A DNA stretch of 64,000 nt from assembly GCA_905182885.1 (NCBI GenBank), contig CAJJCW010000001.1, forward strand, positions 155,282-219,281, written 5' to 3'. Every line of letters begins with the position of its first letter. The stretch's first letter is position 1. The DNA is from SAR86 cluster bacterium SAR86B (lineage in GTDB: Bacteria > Pseudomonadota > Gammaproteobacteria > Magnimaribacterales > D2472). Positions 12,037-22,638 of the stretch are shown here, piece by piece. The position numbers and the translations under genes were made by a program. The notes beneath the pieces are model-generated. The model was not told where the DNA came from. It worked only from the letters and a program-made list of their open reading frames with translations, and did not search any database.

Positions 12037-12894
12037 TTATTTTAACTGCTCAGCTACCTCGTCTGCAAAACTCTTGGTTGAGACCTCAATACCTTCACCA
12101 ACTTTAAGTCTAGAGAAAGATTCAATTTTTGCATTATTAGCTTCTAATAATTTTTGAATAGAGGTATCTGGATCTTTAACAAACCCCTGAGACATTAATG
12201 AGACTTCAGATAAAAATCTATTTAACTTACCTTCAATCATTTTTTCCATGATTTCTTGAGGCTTTCCTGATTCTTCTGCTTGAACTAAATATATTGCTTT
12301 CTCTCTTTCAAGAACTTGAGGATCAATATCATCCTGTGAAAGACATAGCGGGTTGAAAGCTGCAACGTGCATTGCGATATCCTTTGCAAGAGACTCATCT
12401 CCACCAGAAACAACTACAAGAGCTCCAAGCTTGGAGTCTGAGTGAAGGTAAACTCCTGCACTCATTCCTGAGTCAACACTTACTGTCTCAAGTCTTCTTA
12501 ATTGAATATTTTCACCAATGGTTTGGATTAAAGCCTTTCTTTTTTCTTCTATTTCTGAGTTTTCAAATTCTGAAATATCATCAACTTTTTTAGCAGATAT
12601 GTAGTTATGAACTTCATCTGTAAAAGCTATGAAATTACTATCTTTGATTGCAAAGTCAGTTTCAGAATTTATTTCAATTAAAGTTGCAAAACCATCGCCT
12701 TGAGAAGTTCTTAAAATGCCATCCGCTGCAACTCTAGAAGCTTTTTTCTCAGCTTTTAATGCGCTATTTGATCTTAATAGATCTAAGGCTTTTTCGATAT
12801 CTCCATCACATTCAACAAGTGCTTTTTTGCACTCCATCATAGCGACACCTGTCATATCTCTTAACTCTTTTACTTGAGATGCTTTAACTTCCAT
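12037..12894 (-). CDS. tsf: Elongation factor Ts
   Basis: VKELRDMTG, MECKKAL, EINSETDF. Confidence 0.97.
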   Translation of the reverse strand: MEVKASQVKELRDMTGVAMMECKKALVECDGDIEKALDLLRSNSALKAEKKASRVAADGILRTSQGDGFATLIEINSETDFAIKDSNFIAFTDEVHNYISAKKVDDISEFENSEIEEKRKALIQTIGENIQLRRLETVSVDSGMSAGVYLHSDSKLGALVVVSGGDESLAKDIAMHVAAFNPLCLSQDDIDPQVLEREKAIYLVQAEESGKPQEIMEKMIEGKLNRFLSEVSLMSQGFVKDPDTSIQKLLEANNAKIESFSRLKVGEGIEVSTKSFADEVAEQLK

Positions 12895-12896
12895 TT

Positions 12897-13787
12897 TTAT
12901 TTTTCTTCCTTTTCTTTTGGTTCTTCAACTGCAACTTCTTCAACTGCAACTTCTTCAACTGCAACTTCTTCAACTGCAACTTCTTCAACTGCAACTTCTT
13001 CAACTGCAACTTCTGTGACTGTCGAGGCTTTCTCTGCTGCAATTTCTTTTTTGATTGTCTGGATAACTGGAGATTCTTTATCTTGTTTTGGAGAATATCC
13101 TTTTGAAGATTCTAGTCCTCTAGCACAAGCATCTGCAATAACTTTTGTGATCAGCCTAACCGATCTAATTGCATCATCATTTCCTGGAATAACCATATCA
13201 ATCCCATCTGGGTCTGAATTTGTATCTACTAAAGCTATAACAGGTATTCCCATTTTTCTAGCCTCTAAAACTGCAATCTTTTCATACTTTACATCTACAA
13301 CAAAAATAGCATCTGGAAGACCTTTCATATCTTTAATACCACCAACGCTAGCTTCTAGTTTTGTATGTTCCTTCTGCATGTCTACTGCTTCTTTTTTTAT
13401 TAGCTTTTCTATTTTTCCGGAGGAGACCATTTCTTCTATATCTTGAAGTCTTCTAACAGAGCCTCTGATAGTTTTCCAATTTGTTAATGTTCCGCCTAGC
13501 CATCTCTTATTTACATAAGGAAGTCCGAGAGCTGTCGCTTCTTCTTGAATTGTTTTACTTGCTGATCTTTTTGTACCAACAAATAGGACTTTGTTACCTT
13601 TTGAGCATATATCTTCAACCTTAGATGCCGCAGCATTAATTTGCTCCAGAGTTATATCAAGATTGATAATGCTTATTTGTTTTCTGGTATCAAAGATATA
13701 TTGTTCCATTTTTGGATTCCAAAATCTTTTTTGATGACCGAAATGAACTCCTGCATGAAGCAGGTCTTTTACTGTGACTATACTCAT
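12897..13787 (-). CDS. rpsB: 30S ribosomal protein S2 with repetitive acidic C-terminal tail
   Basis: [27 protein letters not shown]. Confidence 0.98.
   Translation of the reverse strand: MSIVTVKDLLHAGVHFGHQKRFWNPKMEQYIFDTRKQISIINLDITLEQINAAASKVEDICSKGNKVLFVGTKRSASKTIQEEATALGLPYVNKRWLGGTLTNWKTIRGSVRRLQDIEEMVSSGKIEKLIKKEAVDMQKEHTKLEASVGGIKDMKGLPDAIFVVDVKYEKIAVLEARKMGIPVIALVDTNSDPDGIDMVIPGNDDAIRSVRLITKVIADACARGLESSKGYSPKQDKESPVIQTIKKEIAAEKASTVTEVAVEEVAVEEVAVEEVAVEEVAVEEVAVEEPKEKEEK
12921..13014. repeat. Perfect tandem repeat, 6 x TTCTTCAACTGCAAC plus 4 nt, encoding repeated EEVAV in S2
   Basis: Six identical 15-mers read directly at 12921, 12936, 12951, 12966, 12981 and 12996. Confidence 0.98.
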
Positions 13788-13799
13788 TTTAATTTTCCT

Positions 13800-13860
13800 T
13801 TGGGGTTATTCTCCAATCCCTTTAAAGTTGACTCAATTGAGCACCCCAACTTTAAGATTC
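13800..13860 (-). promoter_or_regulatory. rpsB (S2) autoregulatory leader RNA
   Basis: Minus strand reads TTAAAGTTGGGGTGC-TCAATTGA-GTCAACTTTAAAGGGATTGGAGAATAACCCC: a TTAAAGTTG/CAACTTTAA stem plus the GGGGU...ACCCC pseudoknot pairing known from gammaproteobacterial S2 leaders. Confidence 0.85.
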
Positions 13861-13887
13861 TAGGACCTTCGTGTTTAAAGTTCGTGT

Positions 13888-13916
13888 ATTCTATAGAAAA
13901 AAGGCTCTAATTTAAA
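13888..13916 (-). promoter_or_regulatory. Putative sigma70 promoter of rpsB-tsf
   Basis: TTTAAA-17 nt-TAGAAT on minus strand upstream of the S2 leader. Confidence 0.5.
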
Positions 13917-13917
13917 G

Positions 13918-14579
13918 CTATTCAGCATTAAAAAAATCTTCTAAGTCATACATTTTTGGAGATTTAGAAGAGATTAACTTTGAAATTTCTATAGCTCCCT
14001 CTGCAAAGACCTTTCTTGAAAGAGCTTCATGCTTAAATTCTATGTAATCAGAATCACTAGAGAAAATAACTTTATGAATTCCAAATACATCCTCAACCCT
14101 TTTAGATTCAATATTTAATGATAAAATATTATTAGCTATATCGGCTATTTCAATAACTTTTTTAAGTTCTAAAGCTGTTCCGGAAGGGGAGTCAACTTTT
14201 TCAGTATGGTGAACTTCTTCAATAGTACAGTTGAGCTTATTATTGTTTGATTCAAGAAAGTCTTGAATTGATTTCTTTATTATAAAAATCCCTTTACTCA
14301 TATTAAAGGCTAGTAATATTGGTATTTTTTTTGAAGCTTCTTTAATAGCACTCAATTCGGCTTGATTGAATCCAGTTGTGCCTATTACCATGGGATATTA
14401 TTGTCTAAACAATCTTCTAGAATATTTAATGTTGATGAGGGTCTAGAAAAATCAATTAATACGTCTGCATTTTTAATATTCTTATCATGAATGAGGTTAA
14501 GATCATTTTGCTGAGTAGCAATATCTGCAATAGACGACCCCATCTTTCCAGATAGTCCATTTATAAAGACCTTAATCAT
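13918..14579 (-). CDS. dapB: 4-hydroxy-tetrahydrodipicolinate reductase (compact, about 220 aa); one apparent frameshift at ~14391
   Basis: NGLSGKMG and IDFS in the 5' ORF; VIGTTG, EVHHTEKVDSPSGTA, SRKVFAEGA in the 3' ORF. Confidence 0.94.
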
Positions 14580-14580
14580 A

Positions 14581-15684
14581 TCAATCTTGTTTTTGACTTG
14601 AGGCTTTGATAAATGATTCAGTGCCTGGATAATTTTTTGATTGGTTTAATGAGTCAGTAAATTCTTTCAAAAGTTTTGTCTGTTTTTTGTCTAGATTTGA
14701 TGGAGTTTCTACAATAACTCTGCATAAAATATCTCCCCTTCTAGGGTCTCTGACAACAGCAGCTCCCTTGCCTCTAATCCTAAAAATCTTTCCAGTCTGA
14801 GTTTGAGATGGAATTTTTAAAGATAAAGTGCCCTCTAGAGTTGGGACTTTAATTGACCCACCTATGACTGATATTTCAAATGGAATTGGAGTTTCAAGAT
14901 ATAGATCTTTACCTTCTCTTTCAAAAATTGGACTTTCATTAACTCTGATTGCTACAAAAAGATCTCCTGACTGACCTCCTTTCTCCCACTCTCCCTCTCC
15001 AGTTAACCTAACCTTATCTCCATTATCAACGCCAGCAGGTATGTTCACTGAAAGAGTTTTATTTTCTTTAGTAGCACCAATGCCCCTACATGGTTTACAT
15101 TGATCCTTGATAATTTGTCCGGATCCAGAACATGCTGGGCAGGCCTGTTGAACTGAAAAAAAACCTTGCTGCATTCTTACCTGACCAACACCATTACAAC
15201 TCGAACAAGAAATAGGACTTGAACCATCAGCGGCACCACTGCCATTACAATCATTGCATGATTTATGAGACGGTATTTTTATCTTTTTTTGAATTCCAAG
15301 AACTGCTTCTTTCAAAGATAGATCCATATTATATTGAAGATCAGAACCCCTTCTAGTTCTTCTTGATGAAGATCGAGTTCCAAAGACATCACCGAAAATA
15401 TCACCGAAAATATCATTAATATTTACATCATTGATATTTGGTCCGCCGCCATTCATACCATCAAGACCAGCATGACCATATTGATCATAGGCTGATTTTT
15501 TCTGAGTATCAGACAAAACTTCATAGGCTTCTGCAGATTCTTTAAATTTAGAAGAAGCATCCGGACTATCTGGATTTCTATCTGGATGATATTTCATTGC
15601 CTTCTTTTTAAAGGCTTTCTTTATTTCAGCAGCAGAAGCATCTCGAGAGACTTCTAAAGTTTCGTAATAGTCTCTCTTTGACAT
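14581..15684 (-). CDS. dnaJ: Chaperone DnaJ
   Basis: J-domain HPD, DIF repeats, four CxxCxGxG zinc motifs. Confidence 0.98.
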   Translation of the reverse strand: MSKRDYYETLEVSRDASAAEIKKAFKKKAMKYHPDRNPDSPDASSKFKESAEAYEVLSDTQKKSAYDQYGHAGLDGMNGGGPNINDVNINDIFGDIFGDVFGTRSSSRRTRRGSDLQYNMDLSLKEAVLGIQKKIKIPSHKSCNDCNGSGAADGSSPISCSSCNGVGQVRMQQGFFSVQQACPACSGSGQIIKDQCKPCRGIGATKENKTLSVNIPAGVDNGDKVRLTGEGEWEKGGQSGDLFVAIRVNESPIFEREGKDLYLETPIPFEISVIGGSIKVPTLEGTLSLKIPSQTQTGKIFRIRGKGAAVVRDPRRGDILCRVIVETPSNLDKKQTKLLKEFTDSLNQSKNYPGTESFIKASSQKQD

Positions 15685-15696
15685 CTTATAACTAAA

Positions 15697-17639
15697 TTAT
15701 TTATCTTCTTTTTTATCTTCGTCTTCTTCAACTTCCTCAACTTCTTTAACTTCTTCATATTCTGCATCAACTGTATTGTCAGAAGTCTCATCTGAAGGTT
15801 CGCCTGGCTGACCTTCACCTGCTTCTTGAGCATAAAGTTTTTGAGTTAAAGGAGTTAGAACATCGTTTAAACTTTTTGTTGATGATTCTATGGCTTCTAA
15901 GTCTTCTGATCCAATAGACTCTTCAAGACTGACAACAGCTTCTTCAACTTGCTGTTTTTCTTCATCAGTTATCTTGTCTCCAGAGTCTTCAATAGTTTTT
16001 CTAGTTGCATGAACTAGCATGTCTGCATTATTTTTTGCCTTAACAATCTCTTCAAACTTTTTATCATCCTCAGCATTAGCCTCGGCGTCTTTGACCATAT
16101 TTTCAATATCTTCATCTGAAAGCCCACTTGAAGCTTTAATACTATAGATTGTTCTTTACCAGAGTTTTTATCCTTAGCAGATACATTTAATATTCCATTG
16201 GCATCAAGATCAAAAGAAACTTCAATCTGAGGCATCCCTCTACTTGCTGGAGGAATGTCTGCTAAATTAAATTGCCCAAGAGATTTATTTTGAGATGCCT
16301 GTGTTCTCTCTCCTTGAATAACATGAACGGTTACTGCTGTCTGATTGTCCTCAGCGGTAGAAAATACCTGAGATTTTTGTGTTGGAATCGTTGTATTTTT
16401 TTCTATCAAAGGAGTTGCAACCCCTCCAAGAGTCTCAATACCTAGTGTTAAAGGGGTAACATCTAGTAGTAAAACATCAGTTGTATCTCCAGATAAAACA
16501 GATCCTTGGATAGCAGCTCCAACTGCAACAGCTTCATCAGGGTTTAGATCCTTTCTAGGCTCTTTACCAAAGAATTCTGAAACCTTTTTTTGAACAAGAG
16601 GCATTCTTGTTTGGCCGCCAACTAATAGAATTTCTGAAATATCTTTTTTTGCTAATTTTGCATCTTTCAGTGCAATTTTTAATGGCTCAAGACTTCTGTC
16701 TACCAGATCTTCTACTAAAGATTCTAATTTAGCTCTCGTTATCTTATGAACAAAATGTTTAGGGCCTGAACTGTCTGCAGTAATATATGGAAGGTTGACT
16801 TCGGTTTGCTCAGCAGAAGATAGCTCTATTTTTGCTTTTTCAGCAGCTTCCTTTAATCTTTGAAGGGCTAAAGGATCGCTCTTTAAATCAAAACCCGATT
16901 CTTCTTTAAATTGCTCAACAAAGAAATCAATTAATCTTAAATCAAAATCTTCTCCACCTAGAAAAGTATCTCCATTTGTGGAAAGTACTTCAAATTGATG
17001 TTCGCCATCAACATCTGATATTTCAATAATTGAGATATCAAAAGTACCTCCTCCAAGATCATAGACTGCTATTGTTGAATCGCCTTTATGTTTATCCAGA
17101 CCATAGGCTAGAGCTGCCGCTGTAGGCTCATTAATTATTCGTTTAACATCAAGTCCTGCAATTTTTCCAGCATCCTTGGTTGCCTGTCTTTGAGAGTCAT
17201 TAAAGTAGGCCGGAACCGTTATTACCGCTTCTTTAACTTCATGACCTAAATAGTCTTCAGCTGTTTTTTTCATTTTTTTCAAAATTTCAGCTGCAACTTG
17301 AGGTGGTGCTAATTTTTTATTAGATGCCTCAACCCATGCGTCTCCGTTATCAGCTTTGATAATTTTATAAGGCACCATGTCAGCATCCTTGCTAACCACC
17401 TCATCATCAAACCTTCTACCAATTAACCTTTTAATTGCGTATAACGTATTTTCTGGATTAGTAACTGCCTGCCTTTTAGCCGGCATTCCAACTAATACTT
17501 CATCATTATCAGTATATGCAATAACAGATGGAGTTGTTCTTCCACCTTCTGCATTCTCAATAACTTTTTGTTGCTGGCCTTCAATCACCGCCACACAACT
17601 GTTTGTAGTTCCAAGATCAATTCCAATTATTTTTGACAT
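15697..17639 (-). CDS. dnaK: Chaperone DnaK; one apparent frameshift at ~16140
   Basis: [25 protein letters not shown]; adding one base restores [25 protein letters not shown]. Confidence 0.97.
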
Positions 17640-17649
17640 AATATTTCCT

Positions 17650-18216
17650 CTAATTTTTAATTACTGTCACTCTTGCAGGTCTAACTAACCTAGAGTGGAG
17701 TTCCCAGCCTCTTTGGAAAATATTTCCAATAGAGCCATTTTCTTTACTTTCATCTTTTTCCATTGTCACAGCTTCGTGTTTCTCAGGATTAAAATCTTCA
17801 TTAACAGGGTAGATGGGTATCATCCCAAATTTATCAAGGGCTGATTCAAAAGACTTAAGAGTTAACTCAATACCTTCTTTGTCTTCTTTGGTAGCATTCT
17901 CAGAGAGATTGTTTAGGGCATGCTCTAAATTATCAATAACTGGAAGTAGTTCTGCTAATAGTTTTTCAACTCCATATTTGTGGGCTTTTTCAACCTCAGC
18001 TAGAGTTCTTTTTAAAGCATTATCTAAATCAGCCTTCGCTCTAAGAGAAGCTTTTTCTAAATCTTCATTCTTATCTAATAGTTCCTCATAGGTATCTGAT
18101 CCCATGTTTGAATTAGATTCAATATCCATTTCAACCTCAGGGGATACTTCTTCATTGGGAAGTTCGCTTATATCTATATCTAAATCAATATCTTTAGATT
18201 TTTTTTGTTTTGCCAT
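17650..18216 (-). CDS. grpE: Nucleotide exchange factor GrpE
   Basis: [26 protein letters not shown]. Confidence 0.96.
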   Translation of the reverse strand: MAKQKKSKDIDLDIDISELPNEEVSPEVEMDIESNSNMGSDTYEELLDKNEDLEKASLRAKADLDNALKRTLAEVEKAHKYGVEKLLAELLPVIDNLEHALNNLSENATKEDKEGIELTLKSFESALDKFGMIPIYPVNEDFNPEKHEAVTMEKDESKENGSIGNIFQRGWELHSRLVRPARVTVIKN

Positions 18217-18238
18217 AGTTATATCCTGTTAAAAGGAT

Positions 18239-18266
18239 ATATTGGGATTTAAATTTTCACTTCAAG
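18239..18266 (-). promoter_or_regulatory. Sigma32 (RpoH) heat-shock promoter of grpE-dnaK-dnaJ
   Basis: Minus strand CTTGAA-14 nt-CCCAATAT versus consensus CTTGAA-N13-17-CCCCATNT, directly upstream of grpE. Confidence 0.75.
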
Positions 18267-18279
18267 AGGTGAAATGAAT

Positions 18280-18702
18280 TTATGTTTGAATTTTTTTTAC
18301 GTAAAGGACCATGCTGTGGTCGACTAGTTCATAGCCAGCTTTCTTGGCTATATCATGCTGGAGTTGCTCTAAACTCTCATCATGAAACTCCATTACCTGA
18401 CCAGTATCAACGCAAACCATATGATCATGATGCTCATCAGAATTAATTTCATACACTGCTTTATTGTCTTCAAAATGATGTTTTTTAACCATTCCAGCTG
18501 ATTCAAATTGCGTTAAAACTCTGTATACGGATGCTAAACCTATATTTTCACCCATTTGTATTAGCTCTTTATAGATATCTTCAGCACTAAAATGAACATC
18601 TTGATAGGCTGTCGAAGCAAGAACTTCCATAATTTTAATTCTAGGAGTGGTGGCCTTTAAGCCTGCTTTTTTTAATTCTTCGTTTTTATTGTCTGAGTTC
18701 AT
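18280..18702 (-). CDS. fur: Ferric uptake regulator
   Basis: LKKAGLKATTPR, HFSAEDIY, GLASVYRVLTQFE, HHDHMVC; divergent from bamE. Confidence 0.96.
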   Translation of the reverse strand: MNSDNKNEELKKAGLKATTPRIKIMEVLASTAYQDVHFSAEDIYKELIQMGENIGLASVYRVLTQFESAGMVKKHHFEDNKAVYEINSDEHHDHMVCVDTGQVMEFHDESLEQLQHDIAKKAGYELVDHSMVLYVKKIQT

Positions 18703-18812
18703 CTTATAAATTTTTCAAATTGATTTAAAACTTTATTACTTCTATGCTGTCTTTTAAATAGTACAAACTAAAAAGACTTTGAAGATATTACAAAGTATAA
18801 TCCAACTAAATT

Positions 18813-19148
18813 ATGAAACAACTCCTTAATAAATCACTTCTTTTTGCAGCTATTATTTTTATAAGCTCTTGCTCTTCATTGAGCCCCTATAAAGTTCCTG
18901 TACTTCAAGGAAATATATTCGAAGAAAAAGATTTAGAACAACTCTCTGAAGGTCTCACTAAAGAACAAGTTCAATTTATTTTTGGCACTGCTCTGGTTAA
19001 AGATCCATTTCATCAAAAGCGATGGGATTACTATAATTCAATTCAAATAGGCGAGGATAAAGTTTCTGAGAGCAAGTTAACAGTTAATTTTAATGATGAA
19101 GGTTTGGTAGAAAGCTGGGTAATAGAAAAGCCATCAGACGAAACTTAA
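18813..19148 (+). CDS. bamE: Outer membrane lipoprotein BamE (SmpA/OmlA)
   Basis: Lipobox ISSC, QGN, GLTKEQVQFIFGT, DPFH..RWDY. Confidence 0.94.
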   Translation: MKQLLNKSLLFAAIIFISSCSSLSPYKVPVLQGNIFEEKDLEQLSEGLTKEQVQFIFGTALVKDPFHQKRWDYYNSIQIGEDKVSESKLTVNFNDEGLVESWVIEKPSDET

Positions 19149-19423
19149 ACTTTTTTTAATCTTCTTTCTTTAGGGTTTTGTTGCAAAGGCCTATAAATCT
19201 CAACTCTTTCACCTTCTTTTAATCTGTACTTGTGTGGTAAAGGTTTAAAATCTCCATCGAGCAATTCACCATTAACACCTAGGACTAAATCATGATCAAT
19301 ATTTGTAACTATTGTCTTTACTTCAATGAACTCCATTAACTCTGAAACAGTTATGCTTGATGAGACTTCCAGCTCCAAAAAGTACTTATCTTTTAAACTT
19401 TGATACGAGAAATATACTTTCAT
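19145..19423 (-). CDS. ratB: RnfH/RatB (YfjF) ubiquitin-like family protein
   Basis: LKEGERVEIYRPLQQNPKERR motif; follows ratA. Confidence 0.85.
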   Translation of the reverse strand: MKVYFSYQSLKDKYFLELEVSSSITVSELMEFIEVKTIVTNIDHDLVLGVNGELLDGDFKPLPHKYRLKEGERVEIYRPLQQNPKERRLKKV

Positions 19424-19851
19424 GTGAGTCTAGAAATAAAGGAATTAAGAACCTTGGAAGAAAAGCTATCTATAAGTGATTGAGGTGTAATAGCATTAAG
19501 TAAAAATGGTAATTGAAATGAAGCATTAAAACTAACGTGGCATGAAAATTCGTCCCTTTTTTTTACCACCCAAGATCCTTTAAAGTGATCAAAAGGCCCT
19601 GTAATTTGATTAATATTTATTGAATTATTAGTTAATATATTTTCTGATTCAATAAAATAATCTTTACCTAGAACATGAAAGTCTAGTCGTCCAATTTCTA
19701 CAGGATGCTTTCTTTCAATTAAAGAAGATCCGGAACACCCTGGAATGAATTCTGCATATTTATCAAAATTGGACACTACTTCAAATGCTTTTTTATGATC
19801 AACGTCTATAACCCTTTCAAAAGTTATCTGTTTATCCACTATAGAAATCAA
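19420..19851 (-). CDS. ratA: RatA/YfjG (Coq10-like START domain) protein; real start may be GTG at 19839
   Basis: YAEFIPGC, GPFDHFKGSW; conserved ratA-ratB-bamE synteny. Confidence 0.85.
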   Translation of the reverse strand: MISIVDKQITFERVIDVDHKKAFEVVSNFDKYAEFIPGCSGSSLIERKHPVEIGRLDFHVLGKDYFIESENILTNNSININQITGPFDHFKGSWVVKKRDEFSCHVSFNASFQLPFLLNAITPQSLIDSFSSKVLNSFISRLT

Positions 19852-21214
19852 AAATCCAATTTAAATCAAAAATTTGACTTAAGAATATGTAAGCCACACA
19901 TGCTGGCGCTATGAATCTTACAAAAAATCTCCACAAATAATAAATAACTGGGTTAATTGCTCCAATTTCATCTTTTATTAATGACTCCTTCATAAACCAA
20001 CCAACAAATATTGCTATTAACATGCCTCCCAAAGGAAGAAGTATTTGATTGGCTAAAAAATCCATTGAATCTAAGAAGTTTTTTTCTGAAATTAAATGGA
20101 AGTCCGACCAAACATTAAAGCTTAATGCTGAACCTATACCAAGCACCCATACAAAAAATGAAATGGCAATTGCAGCTTGGCCTCTTGACAATATTCCCTC
20201 TTCAGACAAATAAGCGACTCCAGGCTCTAAAAGAGATATTGAAGAACTTAAAGCTGCTACTGATAAAAGTATGAAAAATATAGGACCTATTAGTTGACCG
20301 AATTGCATTTGATTAAATGCTGAAAGCATAGAAACAAAAACAAGACCTGGTCCACTGCCCGGCTCTAGATTAAATGCAAAAATAATTGGAAAAATAGCTA
20401 AGCCTGCAAGAATAGCTACAAGTGTATCCAATGAAGCGACTGTAAAAGAGGTGCTTGTTATATCTTGGTTTTTAGGCATATAAGCACCATAAGCCATAAT
20501 AGAACCCATACCTAAACTTAAACTGAAAAATGCCTGTCCCATAGCTTGAAGAACAGTATCTGAGGTGACATTAGAGAAATCTGGAGCAAATAGAAATGAC
20601 ATTGCCCTATTAAAATCTCCATTGATTATTGAATAAATAACCATAAAAATCATTAGGAATCCAAGCATTGGCATTAGTATTTTCACCATTCTTCCGATGC
20701 CATCTTTCACACCAGCTGCAACAATCAGTGTAGTTAGAACCATAAACAAGGTATGCCAAAATAGCAGATTGATTGGTGAAGAAATAACATTGCCAAATTC
20801 CTCAGACGCACTAATGGCTCCTGATGAAGATACGGCAATAAAAATATAATTTAAGCAAATACCTGCGATCACACTGTAAAAAGATAAAATCAAGGCCCCA
20901 GCAAATATTCCACTCCAACCAACTAATTGCCAAGCTTGGGTTTGGCCAGAGTCAATAGCAACTTTTCGCATAGCATTAATTGGGCTATTACCTGACCTTC
21001 TTCCAATAATAATTTCACTAATCATTATCGGGAGTCCGATAATAACTATGCACCCTAAATAGATAAGTACAAATGCACCGCCGCCATTAGTTCCTGCTTT
21101 ATAAGGAAAGCCCCATATATTTCCGAGACCTACAGCTGAGCCAGTTGCCGCAAGAATAAAAGTCCATTTTCCAACCCAAGCGCCGTGAGATTTGAGTTGT
21201 TTTTGTATTTCCAT
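19832..21214 (-). CDS. Sodium-dependent transporter, NSS/SNF family
   Basis: GSAVGLGNIWGFPY, NGGGAF, GQAFFSLSLG, GPGLVF. Confidence 0.95.
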   Translation of the reverse strand: MEIQKQLKSHGAWVGKWTFILAATGSAVGLGNIWGFPYKAGTNGGGAFVLIYLGCIVIIGLPIMISEIIIGRRSGNSPINAMRKVAIDSGQTQAWQLVGWSGIFAGALILSFYSVIAGICLNYIFIAVSSSGAISASEEFGNVISSPINLLFWHTLFMVLTTLIVAAGVKDGIGRMVKILMPMLGFLMIFMVIYSIINGDFNRAMSFLFAPDFSNVTSDTVLQAMGQAFFSLSLGMGSIMAYGAYMPKNQDITSTSFTVASLDTLVAILAGLAIFPIIFAFNLEPGSGPGLVFVSMLSAFNQMQFGQLIGPIFFILLSVAALSSSISLLEPGVAYLSEEGILSRGQAAIAISFFVWVLGIGSALSFNVWSDFHLISEKNFLDSMDFLANQILLPLGGMLIAIFVGWFMKESLIKDEIGAINPVIYYLWRFFVRFIAPACVAYIFLSQIFDLNWIFDFYSG

Positions 21215-21222
21215 AATTTAAT

Positions 21223-21684
21223 TTACGTTAAAGGGTTTGAGTAGGGATTAATCCAATAAGCCGATGATATCAAAAAACTTATCGCTACGAGCAAAGAAAG
21301 CATCTTTCTAAATTTTTTATACTCATCATCTCTTGTTTTAAAGTCTTGAGTGGATCTTTCAAAATAATAAAAAGATTGAAAGCTCAGAACTGAAATCAAT
21401 AATCCTAAAAGGATATAATTAAAATAGGTCAATAAAAGAATGAGGCATCCTACGAGACTATATAAAATACCTATAGATAGGTTAAAGCTTTGCTTGCTCT
21501 GATCATCTCTCCAGCCCCAAGCCATGCCCCCAAGAAAGGTAATAATAATAGATCCATAGGCTAGTTGAAAAATTATTGCTGTTTGGGATATTGGACCTCC
21601 AAATATCCATGGAATAATAGAAAAGAATGCGAATGGGATAAACCCAATATATCCGTATGTTGATTTAATATTATTTATATTCAT
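21223..21684 (-). CDS. Small integral membrane protein, DUF3429-like
   Basis: YGYIGFIPF and AYGSIIITFLGGMAWG resemble DUF3429; 4-5 TM helices; ATG at 21684 preferred to 21726, which would leave only 9 nt before smpB. Confidence 0.7.
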   Translation of the reverse strand: MNINNIKSTYGYIGFIPFAFFSIIPWIFGGPISQTAIIFQLAYGSIIITFLGGMAWGWRDDQSKQSFNLSIGILYSLVGCLILLLTYFNYILLGLLISVLSFQSFYYFERSTQDFKTRDDEYKKFRKMLSLLVAISFLISSAYWINPYSNPLT

Positions 21685-21701
21685 TTTTTCTTCAATTTTT
21701 C

Positions 21702-21729
21702 TTGCACTAGATACTTCTAAAGACATAAT
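21702..21729 (+). promoter_or_regulatory. Putative sigma70 promoter of smpB (possibly leaderless transcript)
   Basis: TTGCAC-16 nt-CATAAT, then 6 nt to the ATG at 21736. Confidence 0.45.
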
Positions 21730-21735
21730 AAAGAT

Positions 21736-22227
21736 ATGTCTAAAGATAAGCCCGCATTAATTGTAAAGAATAAAACAGCATCAAGGAACTATATACTTGG
21801 TGAAACATTTCAAGCTGGACTAGTTTTAGAAGGATGGGAAGTGAAATCTCTTAGAGATGGCAAGATAGATGTTAAAAATAGTTACGTTACTTTTAAAAAG
21901 GACGAAGCTTGGTTATTTGGGATTAAAATTGATCCACCTGCTTCTTTAAAGGTCTTTAATGTAGATCCCCTTAGAACAAGAAAGCTTTTATTAAAAAAAA
22001 AGGAGATATCTCAACTTCAAAAGCTAAAAGAAGAAAAGGGATTAACAATCATAATGACTTCGATGTACTGGAAAGAAAACCATATCAAATGTGATATTGC
22101 TACAGGTAAAGGAAAGAAATTGCATGATCAAAGACAAGATATCAAAAAAAGAGATTGGGAACGAGACCAGGGTAGAATCCTCAAAAATGCTAAAAACAAT
22201 AGCCATCCTACTAAAAATTTCAAGTAA
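21736..22227 (+). CDS. smpB: SsrA-binding protein
   Basis: AGLVLEGWEVKSLR, DPLRTRKLLL, GKGKKLHDQR; adjacent to tmRNA. Confidence 0.97.
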   Translation: MSKDKPALIVKNKTASRNYILGETFQAGLVLEGWEVKSLRDGKIDVKNSYVTFKKDEAWLFGIKIDPPASLKVFNVDPLRTRKLLLKKKEISQLQKLKEEKGLTIIMTSMYWKENHIKCDIATGKGKKLHDQRQDIKKRDWERDQGRILKNAKNNSHPTKNFK

Positions 22228-22250
22228 TACTGTATAATCATCATCCCTAT

Positions 22251-22599
22251 GGGGGCGAACAGGGTTCGACGTTTCTACTGGACTCCGAAGCGCATGCCAA
22301 GATTGTGGTAATTCTTGTAAAACATACTACAAAAAATTTAGTTGCAAATAACGACAACTACGCTTTAGCAGCTTAATGCTAACCGATACCAAAATTGACT
22401 ATGGTTTGAAGTATCGGCAAATATCATAGTCTAGCCAAGCTGTGTTGCTTGGACACAGTTTGGTTAAAACTAATCAAGCTCGCTTTAGTACCCTGCTCCT
22501 CGGGTCACAAAAGTTAAAAAGCCAATTGGGTGAGCTATGCATGTAGAAGCTAGGCTGAAGGATTAGCGGACGCGGGTTCAATTCCCGCCGCCTCCACCA
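22251..22599 (+). ncRNA. ssrA: tmRNA; tag ANNDNYALAA* at 22344-22376
   Basis: 5' GGGGGCG pairs with 3' CGCCTCC-ACCA including G3.U70; T-arm GCGGGTTCAATTCCCGC; GGTTCGAC near the 5' end; TATAAT at 22233-22238. Confidence 0.98.
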
Positions 22600-22638
22600 T
22601 TTTCTTGATTTTTTTATAAAAATTATTAAGCTGTGCGT

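Noticed and set aside
12921-13014. Repeat array as a possible CRISPR
   Set aside because: 15-bp units are contiguous with no spacers, lie in frame within rpsB, and no cas genes are present
12874-13446. 190-aa plus-strand ORF with SSTAT repeats resembling a mucin-like or antifreeze protein
   Set aside because: Antisense shadow of rpsB; the repeat is the reverse complement of the EEVAV repeat
15388-15415. 12-bp direct repeat in dnaJ
   Set aside because: Encodes the normal DIF motifs (DIFGDIFGD) of the G/F region
21685-21726. N-terminal extension of the DUF3429-like ORF from ATG 21726
   Set aside because: Would leave only 9 nt between divergent starts and overlap the predicted smpB promoter; ATG 21684 is more plausible
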